DNA from: Mobula hypostoma
Taxonomy: Eukaryota
NCBI RefSeq assembly: GCF_963921235.1
Contig: NC_086108.1
Span: 57,910,001-57,974,000 of the forward strand
Direction: 5' to 3'
Length of the DNA: 64,000 nt
In this document: positions 12,251-25,600 of the stretch, piece by piece
Numbering within the stretch: position 1 is the first letter of the stretch
Layout: every line of letters begins with the position of its first letter
The notes under the pieces: generated by a model
Told to the model about the DNA's origin: nothing
The model's input: the letters and a program-made list of their open reading frames with translations, nothing else
The model's database searches: none
Position numbers and translations under genes: made by a program

Positions 12251-13906
12251 CTAATTTAATTTGTAAGTAATTGAGGACTAGTATTTTATTCTTGTCACAC
12301 CAAACAAGAAACAGCCTGCAATCTGAAAATCTATTCTAATCCTGCTCATTCTAACTACTGTATATATTATCATATACTCTATTCATATTGGTCTCATCTT
12401 CAAAAAAATCCAACAGATTTGTCATATACTTCCATAAAACCATATTGATTTTGTCTAATCATATTACGTTTTTCTAAGTGTGTTGGAACGACTTTCTTAA
12501 TAATGGACTCAAATATTTTCCTGACAATTACTGTCATGCTAAATAATCTGAAATTTCTAATGTTCTTTCTTCACCTTTCTCGAACAGCAGGGCTTTATCT
12601 GCTGCTTCGCAGTCTCCTGGGACCATTCTAGAATCTGGGAAACCTTGGCTGATTTCAGCTATTGCATCCAATAGCTTTAAGGACTTTAAAATGGAGATCA
12701 TCTTTAGAGAATATAATGAATATAATGAAAAAGTACTGCAGAAATTAATGGCAAAATTCAACACATTCACTGGTAATGAAGTTTTAAGAAGCTGCAAATA
12801 CTGGAAAGCTAATTGTTTTAGTTTTTTTTAAAAAAACATCTTTGAATGTCAGAATCTAGTTGCTGAAGAGACCTTAATTGTTAACTCGAAGATGCAAACT
12901 GGATGTGTACAGGCTAGTGTTAGCTACTGGTTATTAGGGTCTAGCAAGATCCAGCCCAACAAAATTGAGCGCATATGAGATCAGAAGTAAACTATTAACA
13001 TAATTAAAGCATTGATTAGTCAGCAGGAGACAAAATATAGGTATAAGGGATATGCACTTCAGTTAATTGAAGATGCATTTTAGAATCGTAGCTTTCAATG
13101 CACATATTAATGATTTACATAAGCAATAGATAAATATGTATCTAATTTCAATTGTTAGCATAATCTTAAGTACACCAGTAAAACCTGTGCACAAGAAGAA
13201 AATCTGAAAGGTGATGCTGAAAAGTTATATACTAAACTATGGCTGATGGTGTTTAGCATGTACAATGGTAGGGTTTTTGGTCTTTGGAGTGGATGGGTAG
13301 GATGACAGAAGTATGGTACCATTTCATCAGATTGGTGCTAATAGCATTCAACTATGAGAACATTGTACACAGATCACAATTGTACTCCCTTGAATCTCAA
13401 ATCTCAGTTAATATTTTTGAGATGTTAAAAAAGATCAAAGGAGCTGGTAGGGTAGAGAGAAAACACATTTCTTGAAATAATATTAGAGCTGGGGTCCTAT
13501 TAGGAAGTGTCACTTTGTATATGCTGTATGGCTGGAAAATTTGAATTGCATTACACATTTAACACATGCATTAAGATAAAAGTAGCAATTTAAAACAAAA
13601 TTAGGAATGTTTCACTTTTTAAGTTTTACATACAGTATCTATTGATATTTCTCCTTTTATCCAATCTTTGACTGATGTACCGTCTGGTTAATATGACAAT
13701 AGTTGAATTCTTTGCTAACAATCACTCTTCATGGCATCAGAATGTTCAATTAGAAGAGGTACTATGAGTATCCTTTCCCATAATCGAGGGGAAATTGCTA
13801 GGAAGCTATTCCAAAACTTGTTGCTTTGGATTAATGTCAAGAAGTGCACCAGTCTTAGGCATTGTTTCTTTCTAATTGACCAGAAGTTCTGCTACTTTTG
13901 TTGCAG

Positions 13907-14109
13907 TGCAGTGTCTGGAGATGACAACAAAGAGGAAACTTATTGGCCGCCTGGTGCCCTGCCGATGTTTCCGGGGTGAAGAAGAAGTCATCTCGGTGCT
14001 GGATTATTCCCATTGCAGCCTTCAACATGTACCAAAGGAGATATTCAATTTTGAGCGATCTTTGGAAGAACTCTACTTGGATGCAAATCAGATAGAAGAG
14101 CTCCCCAAG
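13907..14109 (+). CDS. LRRC7: LRRC7 (densin-180) coding exon containing the MTTKRK start (ATG at 13921)
   Basis: Acceptor ttttgttgcAG (13906), donor AAG|gtagga (14110). Translates [67 protein letters not shown]. [24 protein letters not shown] and the upstream QCLE match LRRC7 rather than its paralogue ERBIN (KRSLFVRLVPCRCLRGEEETVTTL), from recall. Confidence 0.95.
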
Positions 14110-14855
14110 GTAGGATATAACATAAAGGGTGTTCTGTAGATGTAATTCAACAACTTAAAGCTTCTTTTCAAACAGAAAGTTAATATAGTAGTTAGAGACT
14201 GTGCTATGATAACAGATGAGCAAGTTTTAACTTTTTGTACTCAAAGCTGAAGCAGACCTCAACTCTAAAGGCCAGCTTCAGTGCAAGTAATGATGCTTGT
14301 GGACTCAAATGTCCAAAAGAGTTATACACTTACGAATGTCAGTATGCGTGCAAGTCTACATCAAATGGAGAAAATAAATCAAATTACAGTAAAGCATTAA
14401 TCATGCAGAAAGGTCCTGATTGTATTTAATAACATTTGGATACCATTTATAGTGTCATGTCCAAAACTTTGCATTACACAAAAGGAGTTATTATTTAAAC
14501 TATTTTAAATATTTGTCAGAGTTAACATTTCTGACTAAAGTAGAATATAGCTTACCTGGTTGCTCAATTTTTTATCTTTTTTTATGGTCAAGTCTTGCTT
14601 TGGCATCCTTATGATCTTATCAGAACATTGCAGTTCCCTCTTGAAGTGCACAGTCTTACTAATGACGATTCATTTTATCAGATGCTAGGTGCATTGCTCA
14701 GTGGTAAATTCAAATGGTTTTCAGAGTTCAGCTGTGAATGTGGGTGACTTGCTGCAGGTGGCATACTCTGCCCTTTATGACTTATAAAATATAATTTTAA
14801 AAATTGAACAGTGTGTTAAAGGAGAGATATATAATAGTTAAAATGGCTATTTCTT

Positions 14856-15242
14856 CTGTCTCTCTCTCTCCCTCCCCCTTTCTCTTTCTCACTCTCCCTC
14901 TCTCTCTCCCTCCCCCTCTCCCTCCCTCTCTCCCTCCCTCTCTCCCTCCCTCTCTCCCTCCCTCTCTCCCTCCCCCTCTCCCTCCCTCTCTCCCTCCCCC
15001 TCTCTCTCCCCCTCTCTCTCCCCCACTCTCTCTAACCCACTCTCTCCCCCACTCTCTCTCCCTTTCTCTCTCTCCCTTTCTCTCTCTCTCACTCTCTCTC
15101 TCCCCTCTCACTCTCCCCCTCCCCTTTCTCTTTTTCACTCTCCCTTTCTCTCTCACTCTCTCCCTCCTCTCTCTCTCTCTCTCGCTCTCTCGCTCTCTCT
15201 CTCTCTCTCTCCCTTCCTCTCCCTGTCTCCCTCCCTCCCTTC
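14856..15242 (+). repeat. Polypyrimidine (CT)n/(CCCTCTCT)n low-complexity tract
   Basis: About 385 bp of almost pure C/T; it accounts for several spurious ORFs in the track. Confidence 0.95.
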
Positions 15243-16697
15243 AATATATGAAAGATTTCTACATCCACCACCAATTCAGGCACTGCGTGTACAGTCATTT
15301 CTGATGATGAGCTCTCCCCTGTGGGACTTCATCAAATGTTGTGTTAAGATCTATGCAGACTGCAAAAAAAATTATGTTTGTTACATTCTCTAAAAAAAAA
15401 TTCAAGTCATTTTCACAATGACAATATATATATAGGCTGTCCCCGATTAACCTGTGTTTCCTTAACTGCTGATTTATGCTCTCCCTCTGTTTTGTTTTTC
15501 AATAATTTGCCCTTCACTCATGGTAGGCTGCCTAGCTTGAAATTATACTGTCTGCTCCCTTGTCATGAGCAGTCTTCCAATCCTCTGGCATAATGGAAAA
15601 GTGTACTAAGCAGCACTTGAACCGTATGTGCCTTCTGCCTCCACATGTAGGATTCGAACATGTTGCCAAATAGCATCCACATATTATTAACCTGTTTCTG
15701 TATTCATATATTAAACAAAATTCTGGTAAAACTGGTATTATCCTAGTTTTATAACTATTTCTCATTGCACTGTTGTTTATGGAAGCTGAGGATGCACAAA
15801 TTGTTTTCTGGTTCCTAACATTTCACTGAGATTAAACTTAAAAGGTCTTCAAACTGGTGGTTTTAAGTGTTTTGAAGCACCTTGAGGTAATAATGAAAGG
15901 CACTACAGAAATGAAAGATTAATTGTTCTATTATTATTAATTCAGTCACTTAGTGCTGGTGAATTTTCTCAGTGTTTGTATGTGAAATTAACAAAGCCGA
16001 ACAGCATGAAAGAGTTAATATCTGGGAAAACAGTCAATCTTCTTGCTTTTCTTGCTTTGGATCTCTTTTGATATTAGGTTTGTGCCTCAGCTTCATTGTC
16101 TTATAAAAAATTATCTGCTTCATTGAAAAATTTACTTTAAAGGCTAATGTTCTCAGCATCAGTACTAACCTGAGTAATTTATGCCTAGACAGGTTTAATA
16201 CTCCTTGTAAAAGGTGGTAGTAATATCTGACTTTATTTCTTCCATACAATGTAAAATGTCAAGGCCAGTCTAACTTTTTGTAATCTAAAGTACAGAGACA
16301 TTATTTGACCACTGCCATTTTTGCCCTCCTCGAAATGTGGGCTTACAGAGAAAAGATACAAATTAATAATCAATGTAATTGTTATGCTTATTTATTCTTT
16401 GCCTGCAATGGAGCCCGAGTACATTGGATTATGTATGTCTCGTCTTTTCAGATGTAAATCTCCACATGACTTTTCTTTGCATGGCAGGAATTTGGTTAGA
16501 CAACCCATGTACAGTTCTATATGCTACACTACAGGAAGGACCTGGTAGCAATAGAGAAAGTGCTGAAAAAGTTGACCGGTACAGGGGGCTTTAGTTATAA
16601 GGAGAGATCAGATAGACTGGGTTAATTCTTATTGGAACATAGGAAGTTGAGTGGTGACCTTAGAAGTTTATAAAATTATAAAGTGCATTATATAGGA

Positions 16698-17084
16698 TAT
16701 GTTGGTGGCAGAGTGGAGATAAGTCTCTACCAAAGGAGGTGTAAGGCCCTTCTTCCCTCTGCTAGCCTGCAGGTCACCCTTGGATAAAGTGTAGCACATG
16801 CTTAATGCCTGCCCCCAAGTCAGGGTCACAGAAACCATGGGAGCAGGTGGTGGATTGTCGTATGATGAACTAGACCATATCACAAGTACCAGTTATGCAA
16901 CCACTGATGCCAAGCAGACAATCTCTGAAGGGTATTGATAATGGCTGGAGTCACCTGTCTTGTAAAGACACTGCCCAGCAGAAGGCAATGGCAAACCACC
17001 TCTGTAGAAAAATTTGCCAGGAATAATCATGGTCATGTAGACCATGATTGTCTATGTCATACGACACAGCATGTGATGATGATG
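16698..17084 (+). mobile_element. Short RTE-tailed retroposon inserted in a CR1 3' fragment (~16540-17360)
   Basis: Flanked by ATATAGGA direct repeats (16690-16697, 17085-17092); RTE-type 3' motif gaaggcaatggcaaaccacctctg; (GAT)n tail. Confidence 0.65.
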
Positions 17085-17495
17085 ATATAGGAAAGAATTT
17101 AAGAGTCCTCTTCCCAGGGCTGGGAGTCTAGAAGGCACAGGTATAAGGAGTGAGGGGAGAAACTTAAAAGAGATCTGGTGGGTTAGTTTTTCACACAGAG
17201 AGTGGTGAATAACTGGAGAGAGCTATCAGATGAGATAGTGGAGCAGAAGCTATTTCATTGTTTGAAAGGCTTTAGGACAGGTGCTTTGATAGAAAAGGCC
17301 AAGAGGAAAATGGACCAATTGCATAGATAGACATCTTGGTTAGAATGGAGAAGGTGTTTAAAATATTAAGTACATGCAAGGTGGGGTTATTAATGAAACC
17401 CCATTTTACTGGGCATCTCTAGAGATATGGCTCTTTAGCTCCTTGCTAACAGCCACTAGACTGTGATAAGAAAACCACCTTTTACAGACTCTATA

Positions 17496-18148
17496 TGACA
17501 AGGGTAGATTTAACCTGGGTCCTGCCCAACCCATGAGGTTGGAATGTCTCGCCCACCCAAATCCCGATCTGTGTGAATACTGTGTAACTTACTGTTCTCA
17601 TGTAATTGCCCAGTAGCAAGAAATAACAGAGTGTACACTGAATACTATTATAAAGTAAGTATATTTATGACTATTAACTTAACCAAACAGTTATTAAAGA
17701 AAAGAAAGAAAAAAAACAAAAGGGCCATTATAGTTAAACAGTCAAATGAACACAGGTGGGAGCTCAAATCTTCCAAAAGCCATTATGTCCAATGTACTCA
17801 TGACGCCAACTCATATTCACGAATCCCTGGTAGAATCCCCCTTCTCGGGCACCATCAGATCATGCATTCCCATCAGATTGAATGCGACGGCCGGTTCGCT
17901 TGAGCTTCTTCTCTCTCCATCTCCCACCAATAAAAGACCCTCAACCCACCTCAGTATCCATCACAAAACCTCTCCTCCAGCATTCTCTAGAACTTTCTCC
18001 CAATTCCACCATCCTGATTGGATGACACAGCATTCCTAAGCATCTCTTATCTTTAAAACACTACCAGCAGAACTCACTGCCCCTACAGAAAACCATTATA
18101 TGAAATACCCTACAACATCAGCACTAAAATCTTTACCAGGGCATGACA
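17496..18148. mobile_element. Possible solo LTR
   Basis: TG...CA ends with a partial terminal inverted match (ggtagattt / aaatctttaccaggg); no clean TSD. Confidence 0.3.
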
Positions 18149-18599
18149 TTAATATTGATGAACTGCACCAAACACGTAACAACAATGCTTGAAAATTAAA
18201 GTTAGCTAATAAAGTACCACACAATCATAGCCAAGCAGGTTGCTAATTTCAGAAGAGAAATGTAATCCATGGATTGTGACGGGTGGAAGCATTTGATGAG
18301 GCAATATTAGTGGGGTTAGAGTTGATAGTGGCATTTAACAGGTATTTAGACAGATACAAAGGAATGGAAAAAATATTGATCACGGGCAGGAAAATGCAGA
18401 TTAGTTTCATTTTGCATCATTGTTAACATGGGTATCATGGACCAAAGCTCCTGTCCCTTTGCTGTACTGTTTGCTGTGTTTTGTATGTCCTATTCAGACC
18501 CCATTTTGACTTAGAACTTTTTATATCTGTTGAGTTTATGCAGACTCAGAAACTGATCCTCAGTCAGAAACTCGCAAGTCATTCTCCAAATACGTGTAG

Positions 18600-20015
18600 A
18601 TCATAAGACCAAAAGACATAGGAGCAGAATTAGGCCATTTAGCCCATCAAGTCTGCTCTGCCATTCCATCATGGCTGATCCCGGATCTCACTCAACCCCA
18701 TACACATACTTTCTTGCTATATCCTTTGATCTCCTGACTGCTCAGGAAACAATCAATTTCCACATTAAATATACGCATGGACTTTGCCTCCACCACAGTC
18801 TGTGGCAGAGCATTCCAGAAATTTACTACTCCCTTGCTAAAAGAATTCCTCCTTACCTCTGTTTTGAAGGATCGCCCCTCAATTTTGAGGCTGTACTGTC
18901 TAGTTCTGGATATCCCCCACCATAGGAAACATCTCCATGTCCACCCTATCTAGTCCTTTCAACATTCAGTAAGTTTCAATGAGATCACTCCGCATTCTTC
19001 TAAATTCCAGTGAGTACAGGCCCAAAGCTGCCAAATGCTCCTCATATGTTAACCCCTTCATTCCCTGAATCATCCTTGTGAACTTCCTCTGGACTCTCCC
19101 CAATGACAATACATTGTTTCTGAGATGTGGCCCAAAACTGTTGATAATACTCTCAGTGTCAGCATTATCTCCTTGCTTTTATATTCTATTTCCCTTGAAA
19201 TTAATGCCAACATTGTATTTCCTTCTTTACCACAGACCCAACCTGTAAATTAACTTTCTGGGAGTCTTGCACAAGGGCTGCTAAGTCCCTCTGCACATCT
19301 GATGGTTGAATCTTCTCCCCATTTAGACAATAGTCCACACTATTGTTCCTTTTATCAAAAGGCATTATCATAGATTTCCCAACACTATTCCATCTGTCGC
19401 TTTTTGGCCCATGCTTCTAATTTGTCTAAGACCTGCTACAATCACATTGCTACCTCAGCACTACCCACCCCTTCACCTTTGTTTGTATCATCTGCAAACT
19501 TTACCACAAAGCTATCAATTCCATTATCTAAATAACTGACAGATGTGGAAAGCAGCAGTCGTAACATTGACCCCGAGGAACATCACTAGTCACCAGCAGC
19601 TAATCAGAAAAGGCCCCTTTTATTCCCACTCACTGCCTCCTGCCTGTCAGCCATTCCACTATCCATGCCAGTATCTTTCCTGAAACACCATAGAATTTTA
19701 CCTTATTAAGCAGCCTCATGTGTGGGCACCTTATCAAACATCTTCGGAAATCCAAGTAAATGACATCCACTCCCTCTCTTTTGTCCACCCTGCTTGTTAC
19801 TTCCTCAAAGAACTCTAACAGATTTGTCTGGCAAGATTTCCCTTTACAGAAACCATGCTGACCTGGACTTATTTGATCATTTTGACTTATTTTACCAAGC
19901 ACAGTACCTCAAAAAATCATCCTTAATAATAGACTCTAACACTTTCCCAACCACTGAGGTTAGGATAACTGGCCTATAATTTCCTTTCTTTTGCCTTCCT
20001 CCCTTCTTAAAGTTT
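18600..20015 (-). mobile_element. 5'-truncated CR1 LINE
   Basis: Minus ORF 19630-19902 QHGFCKGKSCQTNLLEFFEEVTSRVDK...VDVIYLDF; reverse CR1 tail at ~18600. Confidence 0.85.
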
Positions 20016-20438
20016 ATTGATTAACTTATTATTCATTTTATGTTGTTTTGGGGAATGCATTGATTTCAGAGTTGTCTCTGCATTTACCTATGTAGGTAAA
20101 TGTAAAGTGACCACAATATAGCATTCTTTTGTATTGGAAAAGCTTTGAGGCAAATTTAAGAAATGTGGCAAAACATTTACCTCTGTGTGGTTCAGAATGA
20201 AGAAAAACTGAAATCAGGAACAAAAAATCAAATGAAGTCAGGTAGTAGTGGGAAATTATTTCTTAAGGCATTGCCATTTTTCAGAACTAGAATGAAAAGA
20301 AATGGCTGAAATGTGAACACGACACCCACTACATATAACCGACATACTCTTTTTTTGTTCCTAATCGAAAACCTGATAGCATCTCTGTCTGAATCATCCA
20401 AAGCTACCTGAATTACTGACTGTAATTTTATATTAAAG

Positions 20439-20692
20439 ACACAGCAAGGTAACAGGCCCTTCTAGTCCAAAGAGCCTCAGCTGCCCAATTATACCCATAT
20501 GACCACTTACCTAAATACCTGTACTTCTTTGGCATGAGGAAGGAAACCAGAGCACCCGGAGAAAACCCATGCAAGCACGGGGTAATATACAAGCTCCTTA
20601 GAGACAGCAGTTGGAACTGGACCCGTATTGCTGACCCTGCAATAACATTACGCTAACCACTACCGTGTCACCCCTTCACACTACCATGTTGC
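20439..20692 (-). mobile_element. tRNA-derived V-SINE (HE1-like)
   Basis: The reverse strand shows a tRNA-like head (gtagtggttagcgtaatg...ggtccagttcc), a V-domain (gggttttctccgggtgctctggtttcct) and a CR1-like tail. Confidence 0.6.
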
Positions 20693-22149
20693 CCAAATCA
20701 ATGTCTTAGTTTTTTTTTACTTCAGGTTCACACCATCTAGTATTCTGTTTTTAAATTTATTTTATTACTCTGTTTTTATTTTCTTGTAGTGCTGCATGAT
20801 AAATTGACATATCTCAATACATCTTGAGAGCCACAACTTTAATCCCTCTGAATGATGGAATGAAAGCCTGTTCCAATGAATGACAATATCCGAATTGAGT
20901 CTTTTAGTTGCATATTGCATGAGTCATATTCCATTTTAATTTTCTTCTAAATTGCATCCTCTAATATTGGTGTGATGAAATCTCTGAATGGAGTGGAATT
21001 TATGCAGCAAGTAGTCTCCTCTGATTTGGTATTACATTCCGGCATGAGCTTTAAAAGTGTAACATTACCCTTATACCTCAGGCTGTGATTTCCCTAATAT
21101 AAAACTACTTGATTACAGAATGCATAACACGGGTGCAAAATATCATTGGCCTTGGTGTTATTATCACCTTTCCTGAAAAGCAGATAAATTCATCAAAAAG
21201 GGCTGCTTGCCTAACACAAATAGGAATAATATTCTAGAAAAATCTGGCATTCATTGTATTTGCGGCAGGTCACTGATATACCTGAAAAGGACTCAGGCCC
21301 TCTGCATGAGGAGGGTTAGATTAAGAAGAAAAAGATACTTGGAGTGGCAGTTGGAATACAATAAAACAATTGGAAAATATTACACTTTGAATTAAAATGA
21401 TGTGCATGAACTTTGGAACTGGGGATTAATTTTTCTGGGAGGGATTTTGATGAAATCCAAGGGGAGCCATTTAACGGGATTAAACTCACTGAGGCAACAA
21501 TATACAAGGCAGGAGAAATGCTATAAGTATTGATTGCCAAATTAACTGAATTTAAATTCATATTGGAACATATTGAGCTAATACAGGCCTGAACTTCAAT
21601 TAACATTGTTCAAAGTTTGTATGTGTCACATGGCACAACTTCTGTTTTAAAAAAAACAAATTAAATTGAAATTGTTAAGTCTGTGATTTTGTTTCCAGCT
21701 TTTCCATACATCTGATAATTGATTGCATGGAGATGACACAACACGCACAATAATGTCCAAAGGTGGTCAAAATAAAAATGCTCACAGTCATTTGTTCTAA
21801 TCATGTACAATTGGGTTCATGACACATTGAAGTAAAAAAAACATTAAAAAAAACATTTTACTCAGTGGGCAAGGCAGCATCTATGAAGGGAGAAATAGAA
21901 TTATTATTTCAGATCAATGACAGCTGTCTTTATCACAGCACATGCAAGGGCATTTTCACTATTGTTTAAAGAGGATCTCCCTGAACACATCACAGGCCAT
22001 AGAATTTAACTTTGGGAACATATTTCTATGCCCTTTGTATGAGTCACTTACCACTTCTGCTGGAGATGCAAAATAGATGGCACATGTAGGTTATAAAGTA
22101 TATATCTATCGAGAAAGATGGCAGAGAGGAGAACAATATTAAATATAGT

Positions 22150-22668
22150 CATCATCCTGATGTATGTTCCTGTATCAAGCTGTGCATGCACCCAATGGAT
22201 GCAAATACCTTCTGGTAAAGATGGATCTGCTAAGTAATGAGTCTTGCATGCAGTTCCTATGGGCTATTTTAAGGATGAAGAAACAATTCCGAATGGTGTT
22301 AAAGAAGGAATCGGATGCACGTCAGTTCTGGCAGGAATTGCAGGCCATTACTTCCTACAAGGTGAAATCTGACAACATGAATGGCTGTGATGCTTCACTC
22401 CCAGATGGCTCAACGCATCTTATGCAAAGGGAGAATAAAACTACTCCTGTGAAAATTCTTGCAGCTTCTGATGACTCTGTGATCTGTCTTAGAGGCCGAT
22501 GTGGGAACACCTTTCTGGAGGGCGAACCCTCACAAGGCATCAGGCCCTGATGCTGTACCTGATAAGGCTCTGAAAACCTATGCTGACTGACTGGCAGGAA
22601 TGTTCAAGCACATCTTCAATCTCTCACTGCTGCAGTCGGAGTTCCCACCTGATTCAAAAGAGCAACAG
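22150..22668 (+). mobile_element. Rex1/Babar-like LINE internal fragment
   Basis: ORF 22164-22550 DARQFWQELQAITSYK; downstream GPDAVP...IFNLSLLQSEFP motifs. Confidence 0.65.
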
Positions 22669-22669
22669 T

Positions 22670-25600
22670 CAAAATTAAAAGTAAATTTATTATCAAAGTA
22701 CATATGCAGTGCTTATAAAAAGTATTCATCCCCCCTCGAAAGTTTTCATGTTTTATTGTTTTATAGCATTGAATCAGTGGATTTAATTTGGCTTTTTTTG
22801 ACACTGATCAGGAGAAGACTCTTTAGTGTCAAAGTGAAACAGATCTCTATAAAGTGATCTAAATTAATTACAAACATAAAATTCAAAATAATAGATTGGA
22901 TAAGTATTCACCCCCAAACACCACATCCTGACACACCATACCAAACGCAGCCAATTGGTTTTAGAAGTCACATAATTAGTTAAATAGAGATCCGGTTTTG
23001 CAGTCAAGGTGTTTCAACTGACTACAGTAAAAATATACCTGTATCTGGAAGTTCCAGTTGCTGGTGAGTCAGTATCCTGGCAAAAACTATACCTTGAAGA
23101 CAAAAGAACACTCCAAGCAACTTCGCAAAATGGTTATTGAAAAGCACAAATTGGGATGGATACATGAAAATTTCTAAGTCACTGAACATCCCTTGGAGTA
23201 CAGTTAATTCAATCATCAAGAAATAGAAAGAATATGGTCAGATGTAAGTCTGCCAAGAGCAGGCCATCCTCAAAGACTGAGTGACCGTGCAAGAAGCGAA
23301 CTAGTGAGGGAGGCCACCAAGAGACCTGTGACAACTCTGGAGTAGTTACAAGCTTCGGTGACTGAGATGGGAACGTCTGCGTGTCTGACAACTGTTGCCT
23401 GGGTACTTCACCAGTCACAGCTTTATGGGAGAGTGGCAAAGAGAAAGCCACTGTTGAAAAAACTCACATGAAATCTCAGCTAGAGTTTGCCAGAAGGCAT
23501 GTGGGAGACTCTGAAGTCAGCTGGAAAAGAGTCTGATGAAACCAAAATTGAGCTTTTGGCTAAATGCTGTGTTTGGCATAAAGCCAAGCACTGCACATCA
23601 TCAAAAACACACCATCCCTTCAGTAAAGCATGGTGGTGGCTGCATCATGCTGTGGGGATGCTTCACTGCAGCATGTCCTGGAAGGCTTGTGAAGGTAGAG
23701 GGTAAAATGAATGCAGCAAAATACAGGGAAGTCCTGTAGGAAATCCTAATGCAGTCTGCAAGAGAACTGTGACTTGGGAGAAGGGTGTTTTTACACCGAG
23801 ACAATGACCACAGGCATAAAGCCAAAGCTACACGGAATTGGCTTAAAAACAACAAAGTTAATGTCATGGAGTGGTCAAGTCAAAGTCCAGACCTCAATCC
23901 AATTAGGAATTTGTGGCTGGACTTGAAAAGGACTGTTCACTCACAAACCTCATGCAATCTGACAGAGCTTGAGCTGTTTTGTAAAGAAGAAGTGGGAAAA
24001 ATTGCAGTATCCAGATCTGCAAAGCTGTTAGAGACCTATCCACACAGACTCAAGACTATAATTGCTGCCAAAGGTGCATCTACTAAATACTGACTTGAGG
24101 GGGGGCGAGCACTGATGCAATCAATTATTTTGCATCTAATAATTGTAATAAATTTAGACCAATTTGTGGAAATTTGTTTTCACTTTGACACGAAAGAGTC
24201 TTTTTCTGTTTATCAATGTCAAAAAAGCCAAATTAATTCCACAGTGATTCAAGGTTGTAAAATAATAAAACATGAAAACTTCCAAAGGGTGGTGGGGGGG
24301 GGGGGTGGTGAATACTTTTTATACAACTCTATGTCACCATATACAACACAGGGATTCATTTTCTTGTGGGCATACTCAGTAAATCCATAACAGAATAAAA
24401 ACCAATCAATAAAAGACCACACCAACTTGGCTGTTCAACCCCTGTTCAAAAGACAATGAACTGTGTAAATGCAAAAAAAAGAATAATAATAAATAAGCAA
24501 TAAATATTGAGAAGATGAAAGCTGTAGGAACATTTCAGTGACGGGGCAAGTGAAGCTGACTAAAGTTGACCCCTTTGATTCAAGAGCATGATGGTTAAGG
24601 GGTAATAACTGTTCCTGAACAGGTGGTGTGAATCCTGAGGCTCTTCTACCTTCTTCTGAATGACAGCAGCGAGATGAGAGCATGGCCTAGGTGGTGGGGG
24701 TCCATGAAGATGGATGCTGCTTTCCGGCAACAACACTCGATACAGCTGTGCTCAATGGTGAGGAGCACTTCACCCGTGATGGACTGCACCATATCCATTA
24801 CTTTTTGTAGGATACCAGGCTCTGATGAAGCCAGTCAATATACGCTCTACCACACATCTATAGAAGTTTGTCCAAGTTTTAGATGTCATACCAAATCTTC
24901 ACTAACTCCTAAGGAAGTGGAGGTGCTGCCATGGTTTCTACTTAATGGCACTCACGTGTTGGGCCCAGGACAGGTCATCGGATATGATAACACCAAATAA
25001 TTTAAATTTGTTGACCCTCTCCACTTCTAATCCTCCAATGAGGACTGGCTCATGGACCTTTGATTTCCTCCTCCTGCAGTCAATAATCATCTCCTTGGTC
25101 TTGCTGACATTAAGTGAGAGGTTGTTGTTGTGGCACCACTCAGACAGATTTTCAATCTCCCTCCCGTACACTAATTTGCAAACACCTCTGATTCTACCTA
25201 CAACAGCGGTGTTATCAGCATTAAGGATGTTATGGGATTGGAGCTATCTTTAGCCACACAGACGTAAGTGTAAGGCAAATAGAGCAAGGGGCTAAGCATG
25301 CAGCCTTATGGTGCTGATGGAGAATGTGGAGGAGATGTTGTTGCCAATTTGAACTGAGTGGGGCTTGCAAGTGAGGAAATCGATGATCTAATTGCACGGC
25401 GGGGCTAAAGTCTTGAAACTTATTGATTAGTTTTGAGGAGATGATGGTATTGAATGCCGAGCTGTCGTCAATAAAGAGCATCCTGATGTACGTACCTTTA
25501 CTGTCCAGATGTTCCAGGGTTGAGTAAAGAGGCAACGAGTTGGTATCTGCTGTGGACCTGTTATAAGGGTAGGCAAATTGGAGCAGATCCAAGTCGCTTT

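Noticed and set aside
13876..14139. ERBIN as the gene identity; ORF-track ends as gene ends
   Set aside because: Diagnostic residues fit LRRC7; the ORF extends past the splice sites into intron.
14797..15304. Several long ORFs (up to 166 aa) rich in P/L/S or R/E/G
   Set aside because: They are translations of the CT microsatellite.
15301..15335. CTGATGA followed by a hairpin as another hammerhead
   Set aside because: No GAAA or cleavage triplet follows.
16698..16900. HDV-like ribozyme at the 5' end of the RTE-tailed element
   Set aside because: I could not assemble the nested double pseudoknot by eye.
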